Counted from the whole stretch's first letter, positions 38,931 to 49,496 are shown. The stretch: DNA of 62,864 nt, filler included, from Deltaproteobacteria bacterium (GCA_016202395.1; 5 parts of 5 records of this genome joined end to end with filler, not necessarily neighbours in it); one strand, 5' to 3'. Numbers and translations are program-made. Notes: generated from the letters alone by a model not told the origin.

Positions 38931-39842
38931 ATGAGCAAAAAACTTATCTGCCCTAATTGTGAAATGGAAAGATTGGTAGAACCCGTCCACGAGAAAAGGA
39001 TCGTTGAGGTCAAGGGTGAGCCCTACCCTATCCAAGCGACACTCTGGAGATGTCTCCACTGCAAAGAAGAATTGGAAGATCCTAACAATCCTGTAGATGA
39101 GCTGGATCTCGCCTATCGAGCCTATCGGAAGACACACAACATGCTTCAACCGGAAGAGATTAAACAAATAAGAGAAACTATGGGCCTGACCCAGATAGAG
39201 CTTGCAAATCTGCTCGGTTGGAGCCCCGCCACTCTAAGCCGCTATGAAAATGGAGCCCTGCAAGAGTACTCTCACGATTTCATTCTACAATCATTCAAAA
39301 ACCCTGCTCAACATTTGAGTCGCCTGTTAGAATGCCATAAACCGGATATTTATTCTGGGAATGTATCTTTTAATCTCAGAAAATACTTGGCAGTGATCTG
39401 TTGCATCATTCAAATTTGTCCTGGCACGGGAGTTCCAAAGACCAAGTTGAATAAGCTCCTTTTTTATTCTGATTTTTTACATTTTGATCGCTATGGAAAA
39501 TCGATAACAGGGACTCGCTATCTCAAAATGCCTTATGGCCCTTGCCCAAAAGATTTCCAATCCCTCTTAGGCCTTATGGCCGATGAGGGTTCCCTTGAAA
39601 TCGAGGAAAAAGAAACTTCAGAGGGCTATGAGGCTGAGCTCGTTAAAATCAAAATGCCGATCGATGAAGAAATTCTAACAGAAAAAGAAAGAGCTGTGAT
39701 TGAAAAAGTTTGCAGGCGCTTTGGGAATTCGCCAAGCGCGCGGCTTTCCGAATGGTCACACCAAGAAAAGGGGTATCAATTGACACGCGACCGAGAACCC
39801 ATTAGCTACGAATACGCGAGTTATTTAAACACACAAACATAG
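38931..39842 (+). CDS. MqsA-like antitoxin (Zn finger plus Xre HTH) fused to DUF4065/Panacea domain
   Basis: CPNC...CLHC, IRETMGLTQIELANLLGWSPATLSRYENG, KTKLNKLLFYSDF..GKSITG..MPYGPCP, LSEWSHQE. Confidence 0.85.
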   Translation: MSKKLICPNCEMERLVEPVHEKRIVEVKGEPYPIQATLWRCLHCKEELEDPNNPVDELDLAYRAYRKTHNMLQPEEIKQIRETMGLTQIELANLLGWSPATLSRYENGALQEYSHDFILQSFKNPAQHLSRLLECHKPDIYSGNVSFNLRKYLAVICCIIQICPGTGVPKTKLNKLLFYSDFLHFDRYGKSITGTRYLKMPYGPCPKDFQSLLGLMADEGSLEIEEKETSEGYEAELVKIKMPIDEEILTEKERAVIEKVCRRFGNSPSARLSEWSHQEKGYQLTRDREPISYEYASYLNTQT

Positions 39843-39850
39843 ATACCAAA

Positions 39851-40031
39851 CTATACGCGATATGGAATTCGGATGCTGGGATGGCTCACAGGAAAATCTT
39901 TGGTGTTTCGAGAAACCAAAAACACGCTCAGTTCAAGAGCCGTCGCCCTTTCCAGATGCCGAAAGCTCGATCCGATTTTGAAACCACTCTTTCTCGGCAA
40001 TAATGTCAGAGGTTTCTACAAGAATGTTCAT
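39851..40031 (-). pseudogene. Collapsed remnant of an antitoxin/PIN-toxin pair
   Basis: Minus strand fragments in three frames: MNILVETSD, RAFGIWKGR, ATALELSVFLVSRNTKDFPVSHPSIRIPYRV* (VapC-like C-terminus). Confidence 0.55.
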
Positions 40032-40032
40032 G

Positions 40033-40155
40033 CGTCATCCCCGCGGAAGCGGAAATTCCGTCATTCCCACGAAAGTGGGAATCCAGTGGCATTCATAAGA
40101 TTGCGTCCCCGCTTCCGCGGGGATGACGTGGATCCCCGTTTTCACGGGGATGACG
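40033..40155. repeat. Cluster of dRS3/REP-like GTCATTCCC-N-GGGAATCC units (two forward, two inverted)
   Basis: cgtcatccccgcggaagcgg, cgtcattcccacgaaagtgggaatcca, ccgcttccgcggggatgacg, tggatccccgttttcacggggatgacg. Confidence 0.85.
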
Positions 40156-40190
40156 AAGAGAGACTACGGGCTTTGACAGGGCTGTGATCC

Positions 40191-42023
40191 TCACGGAGCC
40201 TTGAGGCAAAAAATCTTGGCCTTGGGGTCGGGCATGTGGCGATCAGGAATGTTCGAGTAACAAGTGCAGATCTCCCCATCCGAAGTGAACTCGATCTCGC
40301 GCATGAAGGCAACGCGCGTGGGCAAGGGATAAACCGTGAATGATTCGCTCTTCGGATTAAAACGATACAGAACATCCATCTGCGTGCTGGTGATCCAGAT
40401 ATCTCCTGTTTGCGGATGGATATTCAAGGCGTAGGGCGAGTCCACCCCTTCCGCAGGCAGTGGCAACGGATAGACAGAGAATCTCTCTTCTTTCGGATCG
40501 AACCGAGCCAACAAACTATTCCCAAAACTTGGGATCCAAATCACTCCATCTCGATCGATCTCCAAACGGCGAGGGCCCCAGAACGGGGTCTCCCACTCCT
40601 GGATTGCGCCTGTTACTGGATCGAACCGGCCGATCCGATCATCGTAGACCTTGCTATACCAAACAGAACCATCGGGATGCAGCGCAATTCCGTAAGGAAG
40701 GGGCATAAAGCGAGAACCGTTCCCTGTAAGCCGGCCAATGCCAAAATAGAGATGGGCATCGGAATAAGGCTTGAGCGAAGCCAAACCGAGCGCAGGTCCC
40801 ATCAGGAGGCGGCTTGCCACTTGCTCCCCATTGGAGGTGGGCAGTGGCATCACAGTAAGTTCATTCGTTCGAAGATCGAGATGCCCAAGATGATTGCTCA
40901 ACGCAACAGTGAACCAGACATCCTCCCCCTTTACACGAATCGTGTGTGGATAGAAAGCTCCGCGCGGCAAGCTCCAGTGCTGAGTTTCTCCGTTGACGGG
41001 GTTCATCGCCATAATCTCATTGCCTAAAGAAAGGGTAACCCAAAGGCGACCCTCCTCAGCAACTTCCACACTGTGAGGGGCCTGGTAGGCGTTGAATGTT
41101 CCAACAGGATTGATGGCGGCTTGCAGGTATCCTCCTCGCGGATGCCCACGACGCGGAATATTCCAATTCTTGGATTCTCCTGTCTCTATCTGCAGAGCAT
41201 GAACGGTATCATTGCTCATATCGACACCGTAGATCCAACCGTCTTTGGAGACCGCAAGATCGTGGATGTATGCCCCCGCAATACCCATCGGCCACTCCCG
41301 GAGAACTGTTGTGGCAATCTCTGGGGTAGCACTCGGCAAAAGCCAATCTGTCTTGGGTTTCCCGGTCATTCCAGCCTCGAGGATCGAAGGGAGCGCCTCT
41401 CTTGTCTCCGAACGAAGCAAAGCCCCCATCCCCTCCATCTTCGTGATCCACGCATTCCATTCCTCAACGGTTCGATGTCGGCGCGTGATCGGACTTCCGA
41501 GCTGATGACAATAGCGACACTGTAACTGGAAATCGCGCCTCATCTCCTCCGATGGAAATTGCAGGTTCGCCGCATAGTAGGCGGCGGGATAAGGATCGCC
41601 ATTGGGTTGATTGAATGTGATCTCGACGGAAGCAGACCCCGAGGGGGGAACCGATGCAGCAATCCCTAGAGCCTCTCCCAAAGAATTTCGGGCGGAGATC
41701 TCATACTCTCCGTAAGGCAAACCGGTGAGAACAAAGTTGCCATCGACGGCATACGTGGAAACCCGCAAACCGGAAAAACCTTTGGAGTGAGCCGTCACCA
41801 TTGCGCCGAAGGCAAGAGAGCCATCCGAAAGACGCGCGCTCCCCTGAATGGATCCTGCGGATTCGGCAGGGCGAGCCTCTCCTTCGGTTTTATCGGTAAG
41901 TTCGGCCTGGAGCTTCTCTCCTTTGGCAAACCGATCCGGAGGATCAATCCGCCGCTCCGCAAGCCTCATCCCCACGTACAAAATTCCCGCTAAGATCAAC
42001 ACTCCAAAGATGAACTTCTTCAT
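40191..42023 (-). CDS. Membrane-anchored protein: carboxypeptidase-regulatory-like domain, monoheme cytochrome c and Vgb/NHL-like beta-propeller
   Basis: N-terminal TM; GNFVLTGLPYGEYEISA; CRYCH; repeated P.gi.vd.dG.vW blades (PYGIALHPDGSVW, PRRLEIDRDGVIW, PYALNIHPQTGDIW). Confidence 0.75.
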   Translation of the reverse strand: MKKFIFGVLILAGILYVGMRLAERRIDPPDRFAKGEKLQAELTDKTEGEARPAESAGSIQGSARLSDGSLAFGAMVTAHSKGFSGLRVSTYAVDGNFVLTGLPYGEYEISARNSLGEALGIAASVPPSGSASVEITFNQPNGDPYPAAYYAANLQFPSEEMRRDFQLQCRYCHQLGSPITRRHRTVEEWNAWITKMEGMGALLRSETREALPSILEAGMTGKPKTDWLLPSATPEIATTVLREWPMGIAGAYIHDLAVSKDGWIYGVDMSNDTVHALQIETGESKNWNIPRRGHPRGGYLQAAINPVGTFNAYQAPHSVEVAEEGRLWVTLSLGNEIMAMNPVNGETQHWSLPRGAFYPHTIRVKGEDVWFTVALSNHLGHLDLRTNELTVMPLPTSNGEQVASRLLMGPALGLASLKPYSDAHLYFGIGRLTGNGSRFMPLPYGIALHPDGSVWYSKVYDDRIGRFDPVTGAIQEWETPFWGPRRLEIDRDGVIWIPSFGNSLLARFDPKEERFSVYPLPLPAEGVDSPYALNIHPQTGDIWITSTQMDVLYRFNPKSESFTVYPLPTRVAFMREIEFTSDGEICTCYSNIPDRHMPDPKAKIFCLKAP

Positions 42024-42035
42024 GGTGAGACCTCC

Positions 42036-43421
42036 TCAAATATGAATCGTTCCGGAACCGAGGCCGAGGGCCGCTTCTTTGACGGCTTCAGACAATGTGG
42101 GATGGGCATGGCAGGTGCGAGCGATATCTTCGGCGCTGGCTGAAAACTCAATGGCCAAAACCATCTCGGCGATCATGTCGGAGGCTCGAGGCCCTAGGAT
42201 GTGGGCGCCGAGAAGACGATCCGTTTTTTTATCAGCAATGAGTTTTACAAAACCATCGCGATATCCCATGGCTAAAGCCCGTCCATTGGCAAGAAATGGA
42301 AACTTAAAAGCCTTGTAATCGATCCCTTTGGCCTTGGCCTCTTCCTCTGTCATTCCAACCGAGGCGACCTCGGGCCAGGTGTAAACGATGGCGGGAATCG
42401 CCTGGTAATTCACATGTCCCGCTTGGCCGGCCAGGGACTCGACCACCGCAATCCCCTCCTCTGAGGCCTTGTGGGCAAGCATCGGCCCACGAACGCAATC
42501 GCCAACGGCATAAACACCGGAGAGTGTAGTCTGAAACTTTTCATCGATCGCAATGAATCCTTTGGCATCGGTTTCAATCCCGGCCTCCTTTAATCCCAAT
42601 CCTCCCGTGTAAGGTTTTCTCCCCACCGCCACCAAAACAACATCGACGGTGATCTTTCCCTCTTTCCCCTCGGTCTCAAATGTCACCTCCACAGAATCCC
42701 CATGAACCTCCCCTTTCTTAACACTCGCGGAGAGACGAAATTGAATCCCCTGCCGCTCCAGGATCTTCTGGAAGGCTTGTCCCAATTCCAGATCCATCAT
42801 GGGAACGATCCGGTCTAAGGCCTCCAAAACGAGGACCTCAGATCCCAAGCGCGAGTAAACCGATCCCATCTCCAAACCGATGTATCCTCCGCCAATGACA
42901 ATCATCTTTTTTGGAATTTGCTGGAGTGAAAGCGCGCCGGTTGAATCGACAATCCGCTCATTGTCGACATCAAAACCAGGAAGGTTCGCGGAAACGCTTC
43001 CTGTGGCGAGTATAATATTTTTGGCTGAAAGTTTTGCGTCTCCAACAACGACCGTCTTGTCCTGGTGAATCTGAGCGGCCCCCAGAACGGGCTCGATCTT
43101 ATTTTTTTTGAAGAGCATGGCGACCCCGCCGGTCAGCCGTTTTACAACTTGATCTTTGCGGCCCATGAATCGCTGGAGGTCCAGGGAAAGACCGTTGACC
43201 TGGATTCCATGATCGCCAAGTTCTTTCGCGGTGCGGGCGTAGATCTCCGAGGATTCGAGCAACGCTTTGCTGGGGATGCAACCGACGTTAAGACACGTCC
43301 CTCCTAAGGTTTTATCCTTCTCAACACAAGCCACTTTCATCCCGAGCTGTGCCGCGCGGATGGCCGCCACATAGCCGGCCGGCCCCGCTCCAATCACCAC
43401 CAAATCAAAATTCTTCTCCAT
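42036..43421 (-). CDS. lpdA: Dihydrolipoyl dehydrogenase (E3)
   Basis: GAGPAG, GGTCLNVGCIPSK, GGGYIG, HAHPTLSE. Confidence 0.97.
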   Translation of the reverse strand: MEKNFDLVVIGAGPAGYVAAIRAAQLGMKVACVEKDKTLGGTCLNVGCIPSKALLESSEIYARTAKELGDHGIQVNGLSLDLQRFMGRKDQVVKRLTGGVAMLFKKNKIEPVLGAAQIHQDKTVVVGDAKLSAKNIILATGSVSANLPGFDVDNERIVDSTGALSLQQIPKKMIVIGGGYIGLEMGSVYSRLGSEVLVLEALDRIVPMMDLELGQAFQKILERQGIQFRLSASVKKGEVHGDSVEVTFETEGKEGKITVDVVLVAVGRKPYTGGLGLKEAGIETDAKGFIAIDEKFQTTLSGVYAVGDCVRGPMLAHKASEEGIAVVESLAGQAGHVNYQAIPAIVYTWPEVASVGMTEEEAKAKGIDYKAFKFPFLANGRALAMGYRDGFVKLIADKKTDRLLGAHILGPRASDMIAEMVLAIEFSASAEDIARTCHAHPTLSEAVKEAALGLGSGTIHI

Positions 43422-44627
43422 CTATAAATCCTTCTCGCTCACCATCTGATCAATATTTTCGATTCCCTCTTTAACTTTTACTAAAAACAGAACCGCCTCT
43501 CGACCATCAATCAACCGGTGATCGTAAGAGAGCGCCAGATACATCATCGGCCGAATCACGATCTGACCGTTCACAACCACCGGACGTTCCTCGATTTTAT
43601 GAAGCCCCAGGATGGCCGATTGAGGCGTGTTCAAGATAGGCGTAGAAAGCAGCGAACCAAAGACCCCTCCGTTGCTGACCGTGAAGGTTCCCCCGGTCAT
43701 CTCTGGAATGGAGAGCTTCCCTCCACGCGCTTTCTCCGTCAGTTCATGAAGCTTCTTCTCGAAATCGGAAAGATTCATCGATTGCACATCGCGAACCACA
43801 GGAACGACCAAGCCTCGCTCGGTGCTCACGGCAATCGAGAGGTCCACGAAATTGCGAGAGATAATCTCTTCCCCCGCAAACATCGAGTTGACAACAGGAA
43901 ACTCTTTTAAGGCCCGAGCCGCCGCCATAGCAAAAACCCCCACCATCCCTAGCGAAACACCATGCCTCTGTTTGAAACTCTCTTTGTATTTATTTCGGAA
44001 TGCCATTACCGCCGACATATCGACCTCGTTAAAGGTGGTAAGGATGGCTGCGATCTGTTGCGCCGCAACGAGGTTTTTGGCGATCTGTTTACGAATTTGA
44101 GTGACCGGTTTTCGAACCTCTCCCCGCTCCGTGTCCATTCGGTATTCGATGACGGGCAATTCCACAGGGCTCGGTGGAGGTGAGATCCGAATAACATCCT
44201 CCTTTAAGATTCGACCTCCTTTTCCTGTGCCAACGACTGTGGACGGCTCGATCCTCTTTTCGACAACGATCTTTCGAGCCGCAGGACTAAGAACCGGCTC
44301 TGGAGCTGGGGCGGCCACGGGTGGCCTTTGAGGAGATTGCGCCGGCGTGGGAGTTGAAACTTTTGTCGAGGGGACGGCCTCTACCTTGGCGCTATCGTCG
44401 ATCGAGGCAATTACATCTCCGGGTTTAACCTTTGTTTGAGGATCCGGTTTTAGAATTTCAATCCGGCCGCTATACTCGGCTTGGATCTCGAAAGTCGCTT
44501 TCTGCGTCTCGAGATCCACCAGAACTTCATCCTTTTTTACAAAATCCCCTGTTTTCTTGCGCCACGTGCCGATGAAAACCTCGGTGACCGATTCCCCAGC
44601 GCTGGGAACAACGACGTCGTGCTTCAT
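43422..44627 (-). CDS. sucB: 2-oxoglutarate dehydrogenase E2 (dihydrolipoyl succinyltransferase)
   Basis: Lipoyl domain (ETQKA), [36 protein letters not shown]. Confidence 0.95.
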   Translation of the reverse strand: MKHDVVVPSAGESVTEVFIGTWRKKTGDFVKKDEVLVDLETQKATFEIQAEYSGRIEILKPDPQTKVKPGDVIASIDDSAKVEAVPSTKVSTPTPAQSPQRPPVAAPAPEPVLSPAARKIVVEKRIEPSTVVGTGKGGRILKEDVIRISPPPSPVELPVIEYRMDTERGEVRKPVTQIRKQIAKNLVAAQQIAAILTTFNEVDMSAVMAFRNKYKESFKQRHGVSLGMVGVFAMAAARALKEFPVVNSMFAGEEIISRNFVDLSIAVSTERGLVVPVVRDVQSMNLSDFEKKLHELTEKARGGKLSIPEMTGGTFTVSNGGVFGSLLSTPILNTPQSAILGLHKIEERPVVVNGQIVIRPMMYLALSYDHRLIDGREAVLFLVKVKEGIENIDQMVSEKDL

Positions 44628-47389
44628 TTTCCACCTATCGCATTTTGAACGATCTCCTGCTGCACTGCCTGATGGAGATGCGCATAGCCATCTGCGGGAC
44701 TCGCTTGATAGGGGCGTGACACCCCCTTCAGTTCATGAGATCCCAATTTACCTCGAAGATAATCCCTTACGAAAAACCATCCCCCCATATTCCGAGGTTC
44801 CTCCTGACACCAGATAAACTCCTTTGCCTTTCTGTAGAAACCCAAAATTTCCAAAAGCCTCTCTCCAGGAAATGGATAAAACTGCTCCAGGCGAATGAGC
44901 GCGATCTCTTTCCCCGCTTTCTCACGCGCCTCAAGCAGCTCATAATAGATCTTTCCGCTGCAAAGCACTACTCTCCTTGCCGTTTTCCTAAGATTCGGAT
45001 TCGGATCCTCCAGCGCCTCTTGAAAACTCCCCTCCTCAAACTCGCTCCAAGGGGAGACAACGCGGGGATGACGGAGCAAACTCTTGGGAGTCATCACGAT
45101 GAGAGGCAATCGAATCTCTCGAAGCATCTGACGACGCAAGGCGTGAAAGAGCTGAGCCGGTGTGGTGAAATCGCAAACCTGGATATTATTTTGAGCACAA
45201 GCCTGAAGAAATCTCTCGAGTCTTGCTGAAGAATGCTCGGCCCCCTGTCCTTCATAACCATGAGGAAGATAAAGGACCAGACCGCTGTATCGATTCCATT
45301 TGATCGCAGAGGCGACTAAAAATTGATCGATGATAATTTGGGCCCCATTGGCAAAATCGCCGAACTGAGCCTCCCAGATCGTGAGCTGGTTCGGATCGGC
45401 AAAGCTCTGTCCTAGTTCAAACCCCAAGGCGGCATACTCGGACAAAGAAGAGTTGACGACCTCAAAATCGGCTTTGGCCTCTTGAAGATGAGTGAGAGGG
45501 GTGTAGCCGACCCCGGTCTCATAATCATAAAAGGTGGCGTGGCGGTGGGAGAAAGTCCCCCGCACCGTATCCTGTCCCGCTAAACGCACTCCATGCCCCT
45601 CCACGAGCAAGGAGGCGTAGGCGAGCGTCTCGCCGAGCGACCAATCGATTTCCCTCTTCCCTTCAATCATCTCCCTCTTCTCTCCCATAGCCTTGGCCAG
45701 CTTGGGATGGAGGTGAAAACCGGGAGGCGCTGTTAACACCTGGCGAGCAAACCCCTTTAATTTCTCTGATGAAACCCCTGTCGGAACCTTCTTAAAAATC
45801 TCTTGTGCCGTCGGCTCATGAAATCCCTGCCAACGACCGTGAAAGGCTGGCATCTGCACCGAAATCGATCTCTTCTTCGCTGCTTCCAGGGCCCCATCGA
45901 GCTGGCCCGATAACCTCTCCAACCTCTCGGAGGCCTCCTTCTCTTCGAGGATCCCCTCTCGAATCAATCGATCGGCATAGAGTGTTCGAACGCGCGGATG
46001 GGATTTGATGACCTGGTACATCGCTGGCTGCGTGTAGGTCGGCTCGTCTGCCTCATTATGTCCATGACGACGATAACCGATCAAATCGATCACGACATCC
46101 CGCTTAAAGAGGTTTCGAAACTCGAGAGCCAACATCATGCAACGTAAAGCCGGCTCCGGTTCATCGGCATTGATCCGAAAGATGGGAACCTCGAGCATCT
46201 TAGCCACATCGGTTGCTTGAGGTGTCGAGCGAGCCTCTTGCGGTATTGTGGTATAACCGATTCGATTGTTCAAGATAACGTGAATCGTCCCGCCGACGGA
46301 ATACCCTTTGAGCTCCGACATATTAAGGAGTTCATAGATACTCCCCTGCCCTGAGAAAGAGGCATCCCCATGAATCATCACCGGCAAGATGCGAATCCGT
46401 TGCTTATCTCCCTTTAGTTTTTGTTTGGAGCGGGCGATCCCCACCAACACCGCATTGACCGCCTCGAGATGGCTCGGATTCGTCATTAAAGAAAGATGAA
46501 CCCTGTTTCCACTTGAGGTCTGAATATCCTGGGAAAAGCCGATGTGGTACTTCACATCCCCTTCCCCCGGGTCCGCCTCAAGATTACCGATGAATTCTGC
46601 GAACAGGGATTGGAGATCTTTATGAAAGACATTGACGAGCACATTGAGCCGCCCGCGATGAGCCATGGCCATCAGGACCTCATCCGTTCCCATCTCACTC
46701 GACCTTTCCACCAGATAATCGAGCATCGGGACGATCACATCGTTCCCTTCCACCGAAAAACGTTTCTGGCCAACGAACCGTTTATGAAGGAAGACCTCGA
46801 AGGCCTCCGCCTCCGAGAGCCTTTGCAAGACCCTTTTCTTGATTTCGATTGGAAGGGGCTTGCGCAAAACCCCCGATTCCACCTGATCTTGAAGCCAGGT
46901 GCGGCTCTCCGGTTCCTCGATATGGGCGTATTCCACCGCCACGGGGGAACAGTAGTGAGCTTTCAGATGTTGGGTGAGACGATGTAGTGTGGCTTTCCCC
47001 AAACCTAAGATCTCCGACACCCGACACTCGCGATTGAGATCCTCTTCCCGAAGACCAAATCGAGAGAGCTCCAAAAGAGGATGTTGCTTAACCCCTCGGT
47101 CCAAGGGATCGACATCGGCAATCAGATAGCCGAGCTCCCGAATCCCTTGCACCAGCTCCATGACCTTGAGCTCAAACTCTAAATCACCCCAGGAAAGCCC
47201 CCCCATGAGCCCTTGGAGAGTCATCCCGTTGAGACAGAGTCCATCAAAAAAAGAGCGCCACGTCCCATCGAGAGTTTTGGGATCCTTTTTGTACTGATTT
47301 TCGAGTTCCTCAATGTAAGCGAGATTCAGCGGATTGAGGTAAGAAGGGAGATTCTCGAACTTTGTTTGTAAAGACCCATCCGTAACCAT
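44624..47389 (-). CDS. sucA: 2-oxoglutarate dehydrogenase E1
   Basis: [52 protein letters not shown]. Confidence 0.97.
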   Translation of the reverse strand: MVTDGSLQTKFENLPSYLNPLNLAYIEELENQYKKDPKTLDGTWRSFFDGLCLNGMTLQGLMGGLSWGDLEFELKVMELVQGIRELGYLIADVDPLDRGVKQHPLLELSRFGLREEDLNRECRVSEILGLGKATLHRLTQHLKAHYCSPVAVEYAHIEEPESRTWLQDQVESGVLRKPLPIEIKKRVLQRLSEAEAFEVFLHKRFVGQKRFSVEGNDVIVPMLDYLVERSSEMGTDEVLMAMAHRGRLNVLVNVFHKDLQSLFAEFIGNLEADPGEGDVKYHIGFSQDIQTSSGNRVHLSLMTNPSHLEAVNAVLVGIARSKQKLKGDKQRIRILPVMIHGDASFSGQGSIYELLNMSELKGYSVGGTIHVILNNRIGYTTIPQEARSTPQATDVAKMLEVPIFRINADEPEPALRCMMLALEFRNLFKRDVVIDLIGYRRHGHNEADEPTYTQPAMYQVIKSHPRVRTLYADRLIREGILEEKEASERLERLSGQLDGALEAAKKRSISVQMPAFHGRWQGFHEPTAQEIFKKVPTGVSSEKLKGFARQVLTAPPGFHLHPKLAKAMGEKREMIEGKREIDWSLGETLAYASLLVEGHGVRLAGQDTVRGTFSHRHATFYDYETGVGYTPLTHLQEAKADFEVVNSSLSEYAALGFELGQSFADPNQLTIWEAQFGDFANGAQIIIDQFLVASAIKWNRYSGLVLYLPHGYEGQGAEHSSARLERFLQACAQNNIQVCDFTTPAQLFHALRRQMLREIRLPLIVMTPKSLLRHPRVVSPWSEFEEGSFQEALEDPNPNLRKTARRVVLCSGKIYYELLEAREKAGKEIALIRLEQFYPFPGERLLEILGFYRKAKEFIWCQEEPRNMGGWFFVRDYLRGKLGSHELKGVSRPYQASPADGYAHLHQAVQQEIVQNAIGGK

Positions 47390-47470
47390 GGCATCTGGCA
47401 GTCAGTATCGCAAATATCACCCACGCCGGTCAAGCGATACTCCAATCCGACCTTAGTTCCCAACTCTCTT

Positions 47471-47752
47471 CTACCGATACGCTTCGTCGTGACTTCCGAC
47501 ATCCAGCAAGTAGATTTCTTTCTCAGTGATTTTTAAAGTGAGGACGATTCGATAGCTATAAGTTAAACTCACCGCATATTTACCAGCGTGCTTGCCAGAT
47601 AACTTGTGAAGCCTTAAACGGTGAGCCTGCGGATCTTTTTCCAATTGCTTAAGGACCTCCTCAAACTCTCCTTGAAGATTGGGATGTTTCTTTAGAAACT
47701 TTCTTGAAGTCCGAAGGAAGGTCTCCGTCCAAACTAAAGTCCACATCATCAA
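47471..47752 (-). CDS. RelE/YafQ-family toxin
   Basis: LRLHKLSG, AVSLTYSYRIVL, LDVGSHDEAY. Confidence 0.9.
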   Translation of the reverse strand: MMMWTLVWTETFLRTSRKFLKKHPNLQGEFEEVLKQLEKDPQAHRLRLHKLSGKHAGKYAVSLTYSYRIVLTLKITEKEIYLLDVGSHDEAYR

Positions 47753-48006
47753 TCCTCTTCCCGCAAAATCTCTTTAATTAATCCTTTCGCTGTCCCTTTC
47801 CTAACCCTTCCGGCAACAATATCGGCTTCAGAAGCGGCAATGCGCGCATCCGCCAAATCATCCATCATTTGCTGATAATCTTCCTCACTGAGAACCACAT
47901 AGGCGTGTCGATTATTTTTGATGATATGAACAGGCCCTTCCTCTAACGCCTCATCCACCACGCTAATCCCCCTGTTTTTAATCTCACGGGCAGGTAAACT
48001 CCCCAT
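47749..48006 (-). CDS. Phd/YefM-family antitoxin
   Basis: GPVHIIKNNRHAYVVLSEEDY; ATG 48006 after AAGGAG. Confidence 0.85.
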   Translation of the reverse strand: MGSLPAREIKNRGISVVDEALEEGPVHIIKNNRHAYVVLSEEDYQQMMDDLADARIAASEADIVAGRVRKGTAKGLIKEILREED

Positions 48007-48029
48007 AAAATGTACTCCTTTCAGCACTA

Positions 48030-48058
48030 AAATTAGCACTTATTAAAGGACTTGTCAA
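48030..48058 (-). promoter_or_regulatory. sigma70 promoter of TA operon
   Basis: Minus strand TTGACA-17-TAATTT; AGCACT direct repeats flank the -10. Confidence 0.65.
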
Positions 48059-48085
48059 TAATGGTCCACCCACAGCTTAGGATAC

Positions 48086-48245
48086 CTGAAGAGGTTGAGA
48101 TACATCGGTAACAGTGGGAGTATCGATGGGAAGATGGGGTAGAGGGAGGTATAGTGGGGCTATGATGAGCCTCACCTATGTCATGCCTGCAAAGGCTGGG
48201 AAGCTGGTCTCCGTTCCCGTTGAGTTATCTTTAGGAGCCCGACAG
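48086..48245 (+). mobile_element. Probable IS left end (IS481-like) with start of a putative transposase ORF, cut by gap
   Basis: Second copy of 15438-15514; ORF from ATG 48162 (MMSLTYVMPAKAGKLVSVPVELSLGARQ) stays open to the gap. Confidence 0.55.
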
Positions 48246-48345
48246 NNNNNNNNNNNNNNNNNNNNNNNNNNNNNNNNNNNNNNNNNNNNTTAATTAATTA
48301 ANNNNNNNNNNNNNNNNNNNNNNNNNNNNNNNNNNNNNNNNNNNN
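48246..48345. other. Artificial contig linker
   Basis: N44-TTAATTAATTAA-N44. Confidence 0.98.
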
Positions 48346-48408
48346 GGTCTCGGTCGTCCGCCTCGTCTAACAGACATTTCTTGCGTTTGTAGGAATGTCA
48401 CTTTAATA

Positions 48409-49311
48409 ATGACGTTTGCATTAAAAGAGAGTGGCGCGCAGCACCCAAGGCATCCGGAATGGGTGAAGGTGCGGGCCCCCAGGGGGGAGCTCTTTGAAAA
48501 AACTCGCCAGGTTCTACAACAACAAGGACTCCACACGATTTGCCGAGAGGCCGCTTGCCCCAACATCGGAGAGTGTTGGGGGCATCGTTCCGCCTCTTTT
48601 CTCATCTTGGGCCCGATCTGCACTCGCAAGTGCGCTTTTTGTCATGTGGATCATGGGAGGCCGCAGCCCATCGATCCTACAGAACCGGAGCGGCTGGCCA
48701 AGGCTGTTGCGGAGTTGCAGATGCGACACTTAGTCGTTACTTCGGTGGATCGCGATGATCTTCCGGACGGAGGAGCGAGCCACTTTGTTCGTGTCGCAGA
48801 GGCCATTAAAATGGCGGCTCCTCAGTGTAGCGTTGAATTTTTAATTCCTGATTTTAAAGGGGATGTTGAGGCTGTGCGAAGGGTGACGAAAGCTCCTGTG
48901 GAGATTATCGGTCATAACATCGAAACCGTTTCCCGTCTTTATCGAACCGTTCGGCGAGGATCTGACTACGAACGATCGCTTGAAGTTTTAAGATTCATCA
49001 AAGAGTTGAACCCTCGAATCAAAACCAAGACAGGCCTTATGCTGGGTTTGGGGGAGGAGATCGAAGAGGTCCAAGCCGTTTGGAGTGATTTGCGAGGTGT
49101 GGGATGCGATATCCTCACCTTAGGCCAATATCTCCAACCGAGCCGTGAAGAGCTCCCAGTCGTTCGTTACGTCCCTCCTCAGGAGTTTATCTCCCTGAGA
49201 GAAGAGGCCCTTCGTCTCGGTTTTTCCCATGTCGAATCTGGCACCTTCGTCCGCAGCTCCTACCGCTCATGGGAACAAGTGATGGAACAAGCACGGGAAC
49301 CCGTTTTGTAA
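48409..49311 (+). CDS. lipA: Lipoyl synthase
   Basis: CREAACPNIGEC, CTRKCAFC, TSVDRDDL, HNIETV, GQYLQP, RSSY. Confidence 0.97.
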   Translation: MTFALKESGAQHPRHPEWVKVRAPRGELFEKTRQVLQQQGLHTICREAACPNIGECWGHRSASFLILGPICTRKCAFCHVDHGRPQPIDPTEPERLAKAVAELQMRHLVVTSVDRDDLPDGGASHFVRVAEAIKMAAPQCSVEFLIPDFKGDVEAVRRVTKAPVEIIGHNIETVSRLYRTVRRGSDYERSLEVLRFIKELNPRIKTKTGLMLGLGEEIEEVQAVWSDLRGVGCDILTLGQYLQPSREELPVVRYVPPQEFISLREEALRLGFSHVESGTFVRSSYRSWEQVMEQAREPVL

Positions 49312-49351
49312 CAGTTTCGATGTGTAGTGTCCCATTAATCTCTTTACAGTT

Positions 49352-49446
49352 GTCATCCCCGTGCAAACGGGGATCCAGCGTCATTCCCACGGAAGTGGGA
49401 ATCCAGTTTATCGAAAGACCTGGATTCCCGTTTACACGGGAATGAC
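49352..49446. repeat. dRS3/REP-like palindromic cluster between convergent lipA and vapC
   Basis: gtcatccccgtgcaaacggggatccag, gtcattcccacggaagtgggaatccag, ctggattcccgtttacacgggaatgac. Confidence 0.85.
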
Positions 49447-49496
49447 GAATGCATAGTTCGGTATGATGTCCCTCGAATCCTCGAATCGTAGATGAG

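Noticed and set aside
40033-40155. Possible CRISPR array or integron attC sites (also 49352-49446)
   Set aside because: Units are inverted and nested without regular unique spacers; no cas or integrase gene is present.
39873-40187. 104-aa plus-strand ORF after the antitoxin
   Set aside because: It overlaps the minus-strand TA remnant and the repeat cluster; no RBS or motif.
47389-49311. Apparent sucAB-lpdA plus lipA lipoate cluster
   Set aside because: A contig linker lies between them, so the adjacency is unproven.
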